Assembly: GCF_022045235.1 (NCBI RefSeq)
Contig: NW_027266343.1
Location: forward strand, 55,676,001 to 55,740,000
DNA: 64,000 nucleotides
Direction of reading: 5' to 3'
From: Haliotis cracherodii
Lineage: Eukaryota
Position numbers and translations under genes: made by a program
Notes under the pieces: generated by a model
Database searches by the model: none
The model's input: only the letters and a program-made list of their open reading frames with translations
What the model was told of the DNA's origin: nothing
Shown here: positions 13,416-26,249 of the stretch, one piece after another
Layout of the letters: each line of letters begins with the position of its first letter
How positions within the stretch are numbered: the first letter of the stretch is position 1

Positions 13416-15222
13416 TGTATTGATGATGTGACATATCACTCACTCACTGTATTGATGATGAGACATATCACTCACTCACTGTATTCATGATGTGACATAT
13501 CACTCTCACAGTATTCATGATGTGACATATCACTCCTCACTGTATTGATGATGAGACATATCACTCACTCACTGTATTCATGATGTGACATATCACTCAC
13601 TCACTGTATTCATGATGTGACATATCACTCACTCACAGTATTCATGATGTGACATATCACTTCTCACAGTATTGATGATGAGACATATCACTCACTCACT
13701 GTATTCATGATGTGACATATCACTCACTCACTGTATTCATGATGTGACATATCACTCTCACAGTATTCATGATGTGACATCACTCTCACAGTATTCATGA
13801 TGTGACATCACTCTCACAGTATTGATGATGTGACATATCACTCCTCACAGTATTGATGTGACATATCACTCACTCACTGAATTCATGATGTGACATATCA
13901 CTCACTCACAGAATTCATGATGTGACATATCACTCTCACAGTATTCATGATGAGACATATCACTCACTCACAGTATTGATGATGAGACATATCACTCACT
14001 CACAGAATTCATGATGTGACATATCACTCACTCACTGTATTCATGATGTGACATATCACTCACTCACTGTGTTAATGATGTGACATATCACTCACTCACA
14101 GAATTCATGATGTGACATATCACTCTCACAGTATTCATGATGTGACATATCACTCACTCACTGTGTTGATGATGTGACATATCACACTCACTGTGTTGAT
14201 GATGTGACATCACTCTCAAATTATTCATGATGTGACATATCACTCACTCACTGTATTCATGATGTGACATATCACTCACTCACTGTATTCATGATGTGAC
14301 ATATCACTCACTCACAGAATTCATGATGTGACTTATCACTCTCACAGTATTCATGATGTGACATATCACTCCTCACTGTGTTGATGATGTGACATCACTC
14401 TCACAGTATTCATGATGTGACATATCACTCACTCACTGTATTCATGATGTGACATATCACTCATTCACAGAATTCATGATGTGACATATCACTCTCACAG
14501 TATTCATGATGTGACATATCACTCACTCACTGTGTTGATGATGTGACATATCACACTCACTGTGTTGATGATGTGACATATCACTCTCAAATTATTCATG
14601 ATGTGACATATCACTCACTCACTGTATTCATGATGTGACATATCACTCACTCACTGTATTCATGATGTGACATCACTCACTCACAGTATTCATGATGTGA
14701 CATATCACTCACTCACTGTATTCATGATGTGACATATCACTCACTCACAGAATTCATGATGTGACATATCACTCTCACAGTATTCATGATGTGACATATC
14801 ACTCACTCACTGTGTTGATGATGTGACATCACTCTCACAGTAATTATGATGAGACATATCACTCACTCACTGTATTTATGATGTGACATATCACACACTC
14901 ACTGTGTTCATGATGTGACATCACTCTCAAATTATTCATGATGTGACATATCACTCACTCACTGTTGATGATGTGACATCACTCTCACAGTATTTATGAT
15001 GTGACATATCACTCACTCACTGTATTTATGATGTGACATATCACACACTCACTGTGTTCATGATGTGACATCACTCTCACAGTATTCATGATGTGACATA
15101 TCACTCACTTACTGTGTTGATGATGTGACATCACTCTCACAGTATTTATGATGTGACATATCACTCACTCACTGTATTCATGATGTGACATCACTCTCAG
15201 AGTATTCATGATGTGACATATC
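13405..15222. repeat. About 27-33 bp minisatellite (cactcactcactgtattcatgatgtgacatat)
   Basis: 1.8-kb array starting at a SINE A tail. Confidence 0.97.
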
Positions 15223-15753
15223 GTGTACCATCAACATGATCAAGTCAACTCACCAGTGCCAATTTGTGGTTGTCAATGATCGATCAGCTACACTGAGGCA
15301 AACCCTTACTCATCATTACAGTAATAAGTAATGAATAATTCCTGTATGTATATTGACTTGTCTGAAATTGTGTAGACAACCGAGGAGAAATGATATTTTA
15401 AGCATAGCCTAAGCTAATATTCATGACTTGGTATTAATACAAATGTAGGTCATGGTTCATTTGTCAAGTACTAGTTCATTGATATAGGGTCTTGGCTTAT
15501 CTTGTGTCGATCATGGCTTATTGATATGGGTCTTGGCTTATCCTGTGTAGAGCATGGCTTATTGATATGGGGTCCTGGCTTATCCTGCGTCGAGCATGGC
15601 ATCATCACACTAGCTATGAAAGAAATGTAAGACCGAAATAACAAATGCTTGGTTCTGGTGACATTGCTTCCCCTTCATTATGCATTAAATTGAAAAAAAC
15701 GTGTGTGTTTCTTGTTTGAAGCCACACTCGGTAATCAATGTTTCCGTTTATTA

Positions 15754-15910
15754 GGGGATGGTGGGGTAGCCTTGTGGTTAAAGCATTTGCTCATCATGCC
15801 GAAGACCTGGGTTCGATTCTCCACATGGGTACAATGTGTGTCCCCCACGGTGATGCTCCTGGAATATTGCTAAAAGTTGCGTAAAACAATACTCACTCAC
15901 TTACTCTCTC
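15754..15910 (+). mobile_element. SINE family A
   Basis: A/B boxes and tail. Confidence 0.85.
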
Positions 15911-16207
15911 AGTTTATTCAGAAAATTTTGGGTCCCCATGACAGATGTACGTACTGTTATGATTTCGCCATAATCAGGATATTTTTTATCTATTATGAGG
16001 CTAAATTCAACTATTATGGAAATAATATAGCTATCAATTTGTTAAAAAAATCAGAGTACATTTTGTATTTTACTCATCTCATTACCTGTAATTTGCTCTC
16101 AAGATTAACATGACATTCTATCCGGAAGTATACTGCAGGGAGCTCGTAATTAATATTTAATTCAGAATTATTTGGTCGTTTCTAATCTGTGTCAATAACA
16201 GTTTTAA

Positions 16208-16421
16208 GCGACTATGCTTGTCGTAAAAGGCAACTAATTGGATCAGGTGGTCAGGCTCGCTGACTTGGTTGATACATGTCATCGATCCCAATTGCGTTGA
16301 TCGATGCTCATGCTGTTAATCACTGGATTGTCTGGTCCAGACTCGATTATTTTACAAACCGCCGTCATAAAGCTGGAATATTGCTTAGTGCGGCGTTCAA
16401 CAACAAACAAACAAACAAACA
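16208..16421 (+). mobile_element. Retroposon family B, 5' truncated
   Basis: Body and (aaac)n tail; ataacagttt repeated at both flanks. Confidence 0.88.
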
Positions 16422-17295
16422 ATAACAGTTTGGCGAGTATGTGAAAATATGTAAACACTATTCCAAATGTAAATGCGTCTTGACAAGCGTGCTCAGTACT
16501 ATAGCGATGATATCGCTCGCAGTGGTGGGTGGTGATAGAAAAAATGCCAAAATACAGACGGTGATCGAGAAAAATGGCCAAAATGGAAGATTCAGCTATT
16601 TACCCAGTCGTAGGGTAATTACTGACAAATAAGTAAAATGACTGAAAATGACTCCTATTTTATCCAGATATTACTGATAAGGCATTGCCGGTTCTTACGT
16701 TAGGGTTTTAACAATTTGAGTGCAGCTGCTTTGTATTTCAGAGACAGACTTATCTATTAGATGACTATGTTTGTAAACCAATTTGCAGCTCTGATAAGGC
16801 AAATAATGATCATCAGAATTAAATATTACAATGCCTCATTGGAAAATATCTTCTGGAAATTAAGAAGTTATGGGTGAAGATTTTGTAAACGAAATGAGCT
16901 ATTAGCATGATGAAGGGACGTTCATGTTCAGTGAACATGTTGTGTAATTAAGACTTTCTTGTGATAATTGCTTTAAGCAGCATGAGAAGTATTGTGTGAA
17001 GACCTGCCCAGAATATAGTCTCCATGTATTATTGAAGAGGCTTTTGACTAACAAGGATTTGAACGATTAGCCTTTAACTGACGTTGATCGATTTTACCTG
17101 TTTGGGAAATTACAGATAATTAGACTAATTAGATTTCCTGTTTTATTGATTAAGTTTAGATCAACATTTTTTGTAAAACAACAGTTGAATTCTGTCAGGA
17201 TATATCTGATGTAGGAAATTCTTCCATGACCGCAGGAAATCTGCAACCATCTTGGAGATAGATCGTACTTGTTTTGAGTTTTAATTAGTTGCCTT

Positions 17296-17535
17296 TATGG
17301 GGAGTTGGGGTTAGAATAGGTCCCCACCAACCTATTCTTGTTGTAAGAGGCGACCATATGCATTGGGTGGTCAGACTTGGTGTCTTGGTTGATTGTGTGT
17401 CATCGTACCCAGACAACATGATTCCTTGTTTACGATACCAGTAACTGGATTGTCTGGTCCAGACTCGAATATTTACATTCCACTGTCGTGTAGCTGGAAT
17501 ATTGTTGAGTGCTGCGCTAACATCAAATAAACATA
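17296..17535 (+). mobile_element. Retroposon family B, divergent subfamily
   Basis: Single cttgttgtaagaggcgac hairpin; altered 5' stem. Confidence 0.8.
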
Positions 17536-17611
17536 CATTCATTTGTTAAGAAGGTTTGTACCCTGTTCAGGTGGTAGTAGGATTGTTTATCCCTACTGCT
17601 TCAGCTTGATT

Positions 17612-17762
17612 ATACTGCTCAAAAGAAGTAAGGGACCACTCTGTTCTTTCATTATGTTCCATAACAGATTAATTAACCATACCTGATTCTTTCATATTAC
17701 TAGAGTTAATCTGTCATGGCTTGCCTATAGTAATTTGAAAGAATTGGGAGGTCCTTAAGTTT
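17612..17762. mobile_element. MITE family F, diverged
   Basis: atactgctcaaaagaagtaaggg..agttaatctgtcatggc..ggtccttaagtt. Confidence 0.6.
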
Positions 17763-18019
17763 ACATTGATCGAGCGGCGTTAAATAACAAACAAACAAAC
17801 AAACAGATGAAAAACTAAAGGAGTAATCATATGATGGGGTCACGATACGCTATGTATCCCGATATTTTGGGTGCGATACCATTCTTTTTCTTTCTTTTTG
17901 CAGGTGAATCACAACCCTGAAACATTTGTAATTAAATTTCAGAGATCAAAGATGGGATATTGTTGGCCAGATATATTGGCTAGAGGGCGATGTGAATGTT
18001 TGCTGTGAAAGTCCAACCA

Positions 18020-18184
18020 GGGGCGGTCGGGTAGCCTAGTGGTTAAAGCGTTCGCTCATCATGCCGAAGACCCGGGTTCAATTCCCAACATGGGTATAAT
18101 GTGTGAAGCCCATTTCTGGTGTTCCCTGCTGTGATATTGCTGAAATATTGTAAAAAGCTGCGTACTCACTCATTCACTCATTCA
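18020..18184 (+). mobile_element. SINE family A
   Basis: A/B boxes, tail; TSD gtccaacca. Confidence 0.9.
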
Positions 18185-18776
18185 TGTCCAACCATGAAAT
18201 ATGAGATAATCTGCGTAAGCTGGCGGTCGAACAGTTTCTGTTATTATCCAAATGTTTTTTCAACTATATAACTTGCAATGAATGTATCATATGTATCATG
18301 ATACAAGGCTCGTAAATCGATGAATTGTATCGTGTCCTCATATTGGTATACAATACTGTATCACTGTATCGTTACACCACTATTAAAAAACTTATATTCA
18401 CTGTACTTGAAGAAAATTGATTCAAACCCTTTGCCACCTGTGTCACGGTCGTAGTATTTGTGAAATGTTTGATATGCTTTTCCTTCTTCTCGCTCGAGTG
18501 TATATGTTGTAACAAGGTATTTTGTGTTGACATATTGTAGGTGCGACTTTGAATGGAATAGACTCAAGTTGGTGGGTTTCCTTTCTACAACTGCTAGCTG
18601 GCATTATGTTGTGGGGTGTTTCACAAGCAGTATATATAGCAGACGTCAGACTGTGGTGCATCTCAGCCTGTGGTCATGCTCTGAATCTAGCTGACTGAGA
18701 CTTGGCGAGTTGGCTTTGTGTATCCTGAGTTGTAACTCTGTTTGGTGATCAATAGACTGTGTGCTGGTCATGTTGT

Positions 18777-18917
18777 ACTTGTTTGCTTGTTTGTTTGTTT
18801 AACGCCACACTCAGCAATATTCCAGCTATATGACGACAGTCTGTTAATAATCGAATCAGAACCAGACAATCCAGTGGTTGACATCAAGACCTATTCTACC
18901 CCGGATCTTCACGGGTA
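18777..18917 (-). mobile_element. Retroposon family B, internally deleted
   Basis: (ttgt)n, reverse-complement tail and head acctattctaccccggatcttcacgggt. Confidence 0.85.
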
Positions 18918-20648
18918 GCATGGTATTGAAATGGGAAAGCAGTGTTTGAATTTAATTTGGATCCTGCGGTCCTTCATATAAATCTAGGGATCTTAGCAAT
19001 TTGACGACCATACACTGAAATGTAAAAATCAGGAATGATCCCTACTCAACAGAGGAATTGCATGGCCCACGTATGATATTTTGGATGAAGTGGGGCGTAA
19101 GGTTTTGGTTCCAAAACCATTCTATCTCTGGCAGTCTGTTTTCAAAGCTGATCTTTCTTCTCATACCCGATCAAAACATTTATATTTCATGATTCCCTAC
19201 ATTTTGAGTATATTTTGTGGGTCATATTGCAGGGAACCGATGCACAATTCAGCAGTAGACACTGGTTCTAGTTATAGGGTCAGAACCAAAATTCCCAGTA
19301 GTTTATATTTTTACAGAATTAATGTCACATCGACAATAATCTATTACCCACAAGGGTATTCTCTTTACTTGTGAAAGTGCAAATGTCAATAAGATATGTG
19401 ACCAACCATGAGATAAAGGAACCTTTTGGGGGGAAAATCACATTTCATCTTCTTATTTTTTGGAACTATAGTGTTTTTGGAACACAAACATACAAATCGC
19501 CAACTTCAATTATTATTTATTACAGAGAAAATGGCATCAATTATGTGGACTCACTTTCTGCAAAGTCCAATTTTCAGACATTTACAACTGTTTATGTAAT
19601 AATTGGAGTTTTTAGATATACTGTCAGATTAATTGAGAGTAGACATATATGCTGAATTTTTTTAAAATGATGTCTTCATTACATTAGGCCACACATTTTT
19701 GATTTTTTATTTCCCTGGCCTGCTGCCCCCACTGAAAAGCAGGTGGAAAAGAAATAAATTAAACATTAAAATATTCATTTTTATAATGTCTCATGCTGTT
19801 ATAAATGCAGTATAAGTGATTCAAGAAGCCAGCACATATAAGTTAAGATACTCATGAAAAACACATTCTTAGATTCATATAATACACAGAAACAAAACTG
19901 ATAACAAAAACATGAAATATTGAATGAAAAAAAAATTGCAGCACTAGCAACCATTTAAAAGCCAAATACTTCTGGAGATAAAAGATTTTTTAAGATCTGT
20001 TTTCTTCTAAAATGTGGCATTACATATCGCATTCCAGAAGGTAAAAGAAAACAGGGATAGAAATAAACGCTCACCCGTAGGCCCAAGGCTAGTAGAAATT
20101 ACCTCTGGCCAAGATTATAATTCTACTCGCCTGGAGGACCTGTAAGTGTTATCACATGTGCTGTTCAAGATCCATTGTCAAAACTGTCATACACTGACAC
20201 CTGTTAATTCTTTGAGGTAAGAAATTTAATTTTAGACTATTAACCTTTTGTATGGCTAGCCAAAAACAATTTCAATAGTCCTGTGGGCTTATGTTGTTTT
20301 TGAGTTAATGTCCCTGGAAAACACACCCACCAAATGTGGTTTGGCCCTGATAAAATTTTATTAAAAAGATAAAAAATGTGCATGTCCTGAAGGACGGAGA
20401 AATAATCAAAGGGAACCCTGGGAATTTTACTGACCATTAAAATGATTTTTTTGAGTAAGATCTGTTTTTGACATTTGGAGAACTCTACCACAATTCAGTT
20501 GAAAAGGTGAAAATACAGGAGTGGAATAAAGATATGATGTGAACAAGTGGAAATGGCTAATTGTTGGAATGGTTCTCTGTATATGAGACCGACATTGATT
20601 GCTGCAATGAGGTTGCTGTTATAACTGAACGTGACTCAATTCTTAATG

Positions 20649-20846
20649 ACCCGTGAAGATCCGGGTAGAATAGGTGTTCAGCAACCCATGCTTGCTGCAA
20701 ATGGCGACTGTGCTTGTCATAAGAGGCGACTAACAGGATCAGGTGTTCAGGCTGGATTGTCTGGTCCAGACTCTATTAAGTACAGACCGCCATCATACAG
20801 CTGCAATATTGCTGAGTGCGGCGTTAAACAATAAACAAACAAACAA
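20649..20846 (+). mobile_element. Retroposon family B, internally deleted
   Basis: 13-bp TSD caattcttaatga. Confidence 0.9.
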
Positions 20847-21358
20847 TTCTTAATGATCATGTGCATGATCCTGTGCTGTGCTGTGCTGTGCTGTGCTGTG
20901 CTGTGCTGTGCTGTGTTCGTTATTTGTTGTCAAAATGCAGATTTTGGTGGGTCAGTCCCTTGTTTATTTTCAGCTGATCCACTGACGATTTGCTTGTTGT
21001 GATATTGATGTTCTAGCCAGGGCAGAGGATCTTATAGATTGCAGAAACTATCATACCTAAGATACTAAATAATCAATGTGTAATGTCTGCTGATATAAGA
21101 TTCCTGGTCTCCCCAGCGTGTAGCTCCAAGATTTGCCTCAGGATTTCAATTGGCAGTTCAGAGATCTAAAATTCTGCGAACATTTTGTTGCAGGTGACTG
21201 TTTCTAGTTGGGGGTACCTACATATACTACTAACAAAGAATTTAAGCACCACCATATTGCTGTAGTTAATCTGTCATACATCTCTGTTTGATTGCCCTGT
21301 CCCTTTGACACTGCCTCTCCTGCAGAAATACTGCCTATCTTTTTCATTGCCAGATTGG

Positions 21359-22150
21359 ACCCGGAAAGATCTAGGGTAGAATCATCTTCCCGAGGCAAGG
21401 GAGTTAACTGACTATGAAAGTCCAGTTTCCACCCTTGCCGAACTAGGCTGAAATTCCTGGGCTCGACCGTAGCGCCACCAGTGGTTATTACGAGTTATGT
21501 TCCTTCTAGGCCTCTCCTATGGACCAATCAGATTCCACCTCTCGTATCACTTGCATTTCAAACAAAATGGTGGCGCCCAGTCAAAACGATCTGATTGATA
21601 ATCAAGATCTATATTGTGATAAAACGGGTCTTACATAGCGAAGTGCAGCAAATCATGTGAGCACCTTGATTAAAAACATGAAAAGACTTGGAAAATATCT
21701 GTTGACAACGAGTTGGCGGTGCACATGCTTTGCAAATCCTGCAATCGACAGAAATATGCACGACATTTTACAAACCGGATTTCGATTTCGGTGCGCGATT
21801 TTGATTGGACTATGCATAGACTCGTTAGCACAGCTAAAATGTAACTCCATAATACCAGCCTAGTTCGGCAAGGGTGGAATCTGGACTTTTATAGTCAGTT
21901 AACTCACTTGCCTCTGGAAGATGGGGTAGAATAGGTCTTCAGCAACCCAAGCTTGCCGCAAATGGCGACTATGCTTTTCATAAGAGACGACTAATGGGAT
22001 CGGGTGGTCAGGTTCGCTGACTTTGTTGATGCATGTCATGGTATCCCAATTTTGTGAATCGATGCTGATGTCAGTCACTGGATTGTCTGCTCCAGACTCG
22101 ATTATTTACAGACCGCCGTCATATAGCTGTAATATTCAAACAATCAATGA
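21359..22150 (+). mobile_element. Retroposon family B split by a TIR element
   Basis: Head at 21359-21382, remainder from 21924. Confidence 0.85.
21383..21923. mobile_element. Non-autonomous TIR transposon, Mutator-like
   Basis: About 67-bp TIRs (catcttcccgaggcaagggagttaactgactat...); perfect 9-bp TSD gggtagaat (21374-21382 / 21924-21932). Confidence 0.88.
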
Positions 22151-22387
22151 ATCATTGCCAGATTGGCCTAATGACATCACTGCACCCATGACGTCAAATC
22201 TGTATATCATCAGTAGATGACGTCATATGCCAGGATTAAGATAATCTGCGGGACACCTGCCATGGGTCTGAGCTGTATTTATATACACATGATATATGGT
22301 ATGGAGTGATAATCCTTCCTCATCATAATTCGCTGCACGAGTTATCAGGAGTGTTAGTAGTCAAAGGTTTTGCTCACCTTTATTCAA

Positions 22388-22566
22388 TTTAAGAGGCAAC
22401 TAGATGCATGGCTTGGGGACCAGGTTCATGCAGGTCATCATATCACAATTGCATGGGTCGATGTTCATGATGTCAATCACTAGATTGTCTGATCCAGACT
22501 CCATTATTTACTGACCGCTGTCATATTGTTGGAATAATGCCGAGTGTGGCATTAAAAGCAAATAAA
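22388..22566 (+). mobile_element. Retroposon family B, diverged
   Basis: taagaggcaact..gtcaatcactagattgtctgatccagac..tail. Confidence 0.75.
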
Positions 22567-22714
22567 CTTTCACCAACCGATTCTGTAAAACTATAGGACA
22601 TATAATCTTCAAATGTTCGGAAGATGTTCACAACATCTTTCTTTATGATAAAGTAAAGTTTTGCTTTTAAAAAATCAAAATGGCCGCCTTACAATTGTGT
22701 GTATGAAACCCACA

Positions 22715-22874
22715 GGGGGCCGGTGGAGTAGCCTTGTGGTTAAAGTGTTTGCATGTCACGCCAAAGACCTGGGTTTGATTCCCCATATGGGTACAATGTG
22801 TGAAACCCATTTCTTGTGTTCCCCGTCATGATATTGCTGGAATATTGCTAAGAGCGGCGTAAAGCCATACTCAC
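22715..22874 (+). mobile_element. SINE family A
   Basis: A/B boxes and tail. Confidence 0.88.
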
Positions 22875-23921
22875 TTTGTTAAAAAGCAGCGAATAGATGT
22901 AGTCTCTTATCAAATAAAATGATCAAAGTTGTGTTGAATTATTATAAACAAGGTGAATGTAGATTTATTGTTTTCAAAGTGGACATGGTCAATCAGTTCA
23001 GTCACTAAGGTCCATGTTTTACATCATGTCCATTGTTCCCGATTATATGACTGGAAAGTTAGCACTTTGTTCTCAACCGGTGTATTTGAAGACCCTACCT
23101 CATTTCCAACACCTGATCCCACAGTAAGATCACAACAGTAAACATACCGCTTGTCCTCAATAGTCCATAGATATTATCGCAATAATTTCCTCAGGCCAAA
23201 TGACAGGCTGTAATAACCTACACCGAACCATCCTGCTGCTGCCATTGTTCGCGACAGCGCTATTGTGGAGTTTAGTATTTACCGCAACAAAAGAGCAAGT
23301 GACTATTGACAAACAGAGAGCTTGGTCGGGCTGACTGGTCGCAATAGGGTATTGTTGTAAGAGAACTGGCTATGGCGGATATAAACATTGCCATATCATG
23401 TTCGATCCTAGGTAGTTTTTAAATGAGCTTTAGGATATGAAGTTCTGTGTTGATGGTTTGGTTGTGTTTGGATTAGGTTTCATGATAATTTGATTGAATC
23501 GCTTACAAACATTTGTGTATGTAGTAATTGTTATTGTTGTGTTATATTCATCTTTTGATTTTGAAATGTTTGGACTTGTATGCAGGTTTCAGTATTGTGG
23601 AGCACCATTTCGATGTGTCCTAGAGGGTTCACTCTATGAATTTTCTCACATAGGCCATTTATCTGAACATGTCCAATATTCTAGAGGTATACCCACACTT
23701 GTCAATACAGCATAATGTTAAAATGCACCAATGTCAATGAAAACGTGGGCCTTGTTTTGAATTTAGGAGCACAAGCCCCCCCCCCCCCCCCCCCCCCCGA
23801 ATTATCCCTGCTGGAAGCAAGATTCACTTAATTACAAATGTCGTACTTGCATGTCTGTTTGGTACGCTGAAGGTTAGTTGGTTCTTTTGTGAGTGAGGTG
23901 ATGGAGTTTATTCCCCATACA

Positions 23922-24087
23922 TGAGTGAGTGAGTATGGTTTTACGCCGTTTTTAGCAATAATCCAGCAATATCACGGCTCGGGACACCGGAAATGGGCTT
24001 CACACATTGTACCCATGTCTGGAATCGAACCCAGGTTTTCGGCGTGACGAGCGAACGCTTTAACCACTAGGCTACCCGACCGGCCCT
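23922..24087 (-). mobile_element. SINE family A, only minus-strand copy
   Basis: Reverse complement of consensus; TSD ccccatacatga. Confidence 0.9.
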
Positions 24088-26249
24088 CCCATACATGATG
24101 TAGAGGCCAGTCTTGATAATTCGCCAAATCAGACCTCATTGGACTTAAACGCAGAATAGTAGTGAAAGGTATATGATTGGATCACTGAAAATCAGTTATG
24201 GCACCAGGTGTTTACGAAAAGGGTAAGCATGCCCTGCCTAACCGGAACACCTGACACTCACAATTTGAATGAAAAAGTCATTTGTGGATCAGTGTCAAGA
24301 TGGCTGTTACATAGATTGTTGTCTACGAGATGTATTGTCCAGCCACTAGTCAATCTACGACTTTAACCCGCGTCAAGTAAAATTATGTTCAGCCAAGTTA
24401 AACATATCATAACACAAAAATCTACTGAAAGTGAAACCCAGAGCCAAGTTTGGGCTGTTCGACTCAAAGGAACGAACAGAGAATGGTCATGAAAACATCC
24501 CCACACGTGTGCTAGCTTGTCAACAAGCTGGATGGTCAGTTCATAGACTTGCACAAGTCTCTAAGGCAATAATATTTAGTTTAAATTATAAGTTCTAGAT
24601 TATGTTAATAATAAGAACATGTTGTCCCTATAACAGACTGGAGTCCTGTCCACATGCCTAGACTTGCCTATTAGGAGGATAGAATTACTTTACATCCATG
24701 GACTTTTCTCTCTGTACAGCCTTGGAGCAAGGCTAGTCAGTTCACACCAATGGAGACATTCAACGAAGAATCTTTACCAGTCTCCTTGGAAGTGTTTGCA
24801 TGATGGTTTTTCACTCCACTTTGTTGACTGTCATATAAATCCTGTATAGCACTTGTTTGAAGCTAAGGCTCTGTTTCCACATATGCTGACTGGGCTGTTT
24901 AGTGTTTGTCGTATTTGCTGTTATCACATGGTTGGTCATATTTGGTTAACACGGCATGAGGATACAAAGTTGGAGACGTCCCTCAACAGCCTAGCCAATA
25001 GGAGGCAACATTTAATACAGACCTGTTTCACTTTGATTATATTCACTTCCATTCAACGTGTTTGTTGATTTGAATTTATTTAGACAGGTAGAGGAGCCAT
25101 GTAAAATTGTCATGGCTTTTGAAATAGATTTTTGTCATGATATGTTTGAACTTTATGTGATGAGTAAGCTGAACTCAGTGTGCACTTTCTTCACCCGTAG
25201 GAGAGGTGCAGTGCGAAGTTTGATTTCGATGTTTGGATTTTCTGAAAAAAATACAGCCTTTTTTTTACCTAGATTTTTTTTACTGAAACACTTGTGCGAC
25301 TTATACCTATAACTTCAAAACTACTGCATGGATTATTTTCAAATTTAGCAAACTGTTCCATACTAATAGAAGTGCATTGCAAAGTTTGATTTCAATAAGT
25401 GGATTTTCTGAGAAAAATATTCCTTTTTTTTCCTGTTTTGAACTTAGTAACATGTTGGGAATCAAAGTCAGGGGTTTTAGAGAGCCTTGCTCACTTTTTT
25501 GCCTTGTCATTGTTATTATTGATATTGAAGTAATGAGTATCAGATTTATATTAATTGTTTTTCATTTTTGTGTAGTTATCAAAGTAAATAAGTAACATAG
25601 AGTGAAACATATAGTATAGACAACTGTCTCTGAAATGAAATATTTTTATATATAATAGCAAGGAGCCCAGATTTTCAGGAACTGAAGAAATCTAGGGAGT
25701 TTGTGATGTTTTTGTAACAGTAGTATAACTGTTGTATAACATTGGTAGTATAGCAGTATAACACTCGATTTGGAGTCAAAGCCAGCCAATCAGAAAGGGA
25801 AATATGGTATATCATGCACAGAGAATTTTTATGATTGATGATTATGATATGTGGGTGGAAACAGAGGCAGGGTCACATGTGGACTGGGTGGAAACAATAT
25901 TGGGTTGGTCATGTCGAGGGGATGCTCTTCACGCTACATGTGCCTGGTGACAAGTTTTACAAGCCGAGGTAAGAAATGTTATTTGTCATGGTATTAAAAG
26001 TCAATATGAAAACTTCTCAATAAAATGCTTGGGCGGTATTCTTTGTTTAGGTAAGCGTTTAAGTGGGAGAGAATGTAACATAGCCGTGTCTTGTAGCACT
26101 TAACACTTTCTTTATCTATGATAAGAGGTATGTAGTGACAGAGTGATATAGTGCAGACAGAGCTTGGACCATCAACATTTCTCACACACTGACTCATCAT
26201 ATCGTGGGGTGGCCCAGGGGGTGGCACGTGTTGCCTGAGGGGGGTGGAG

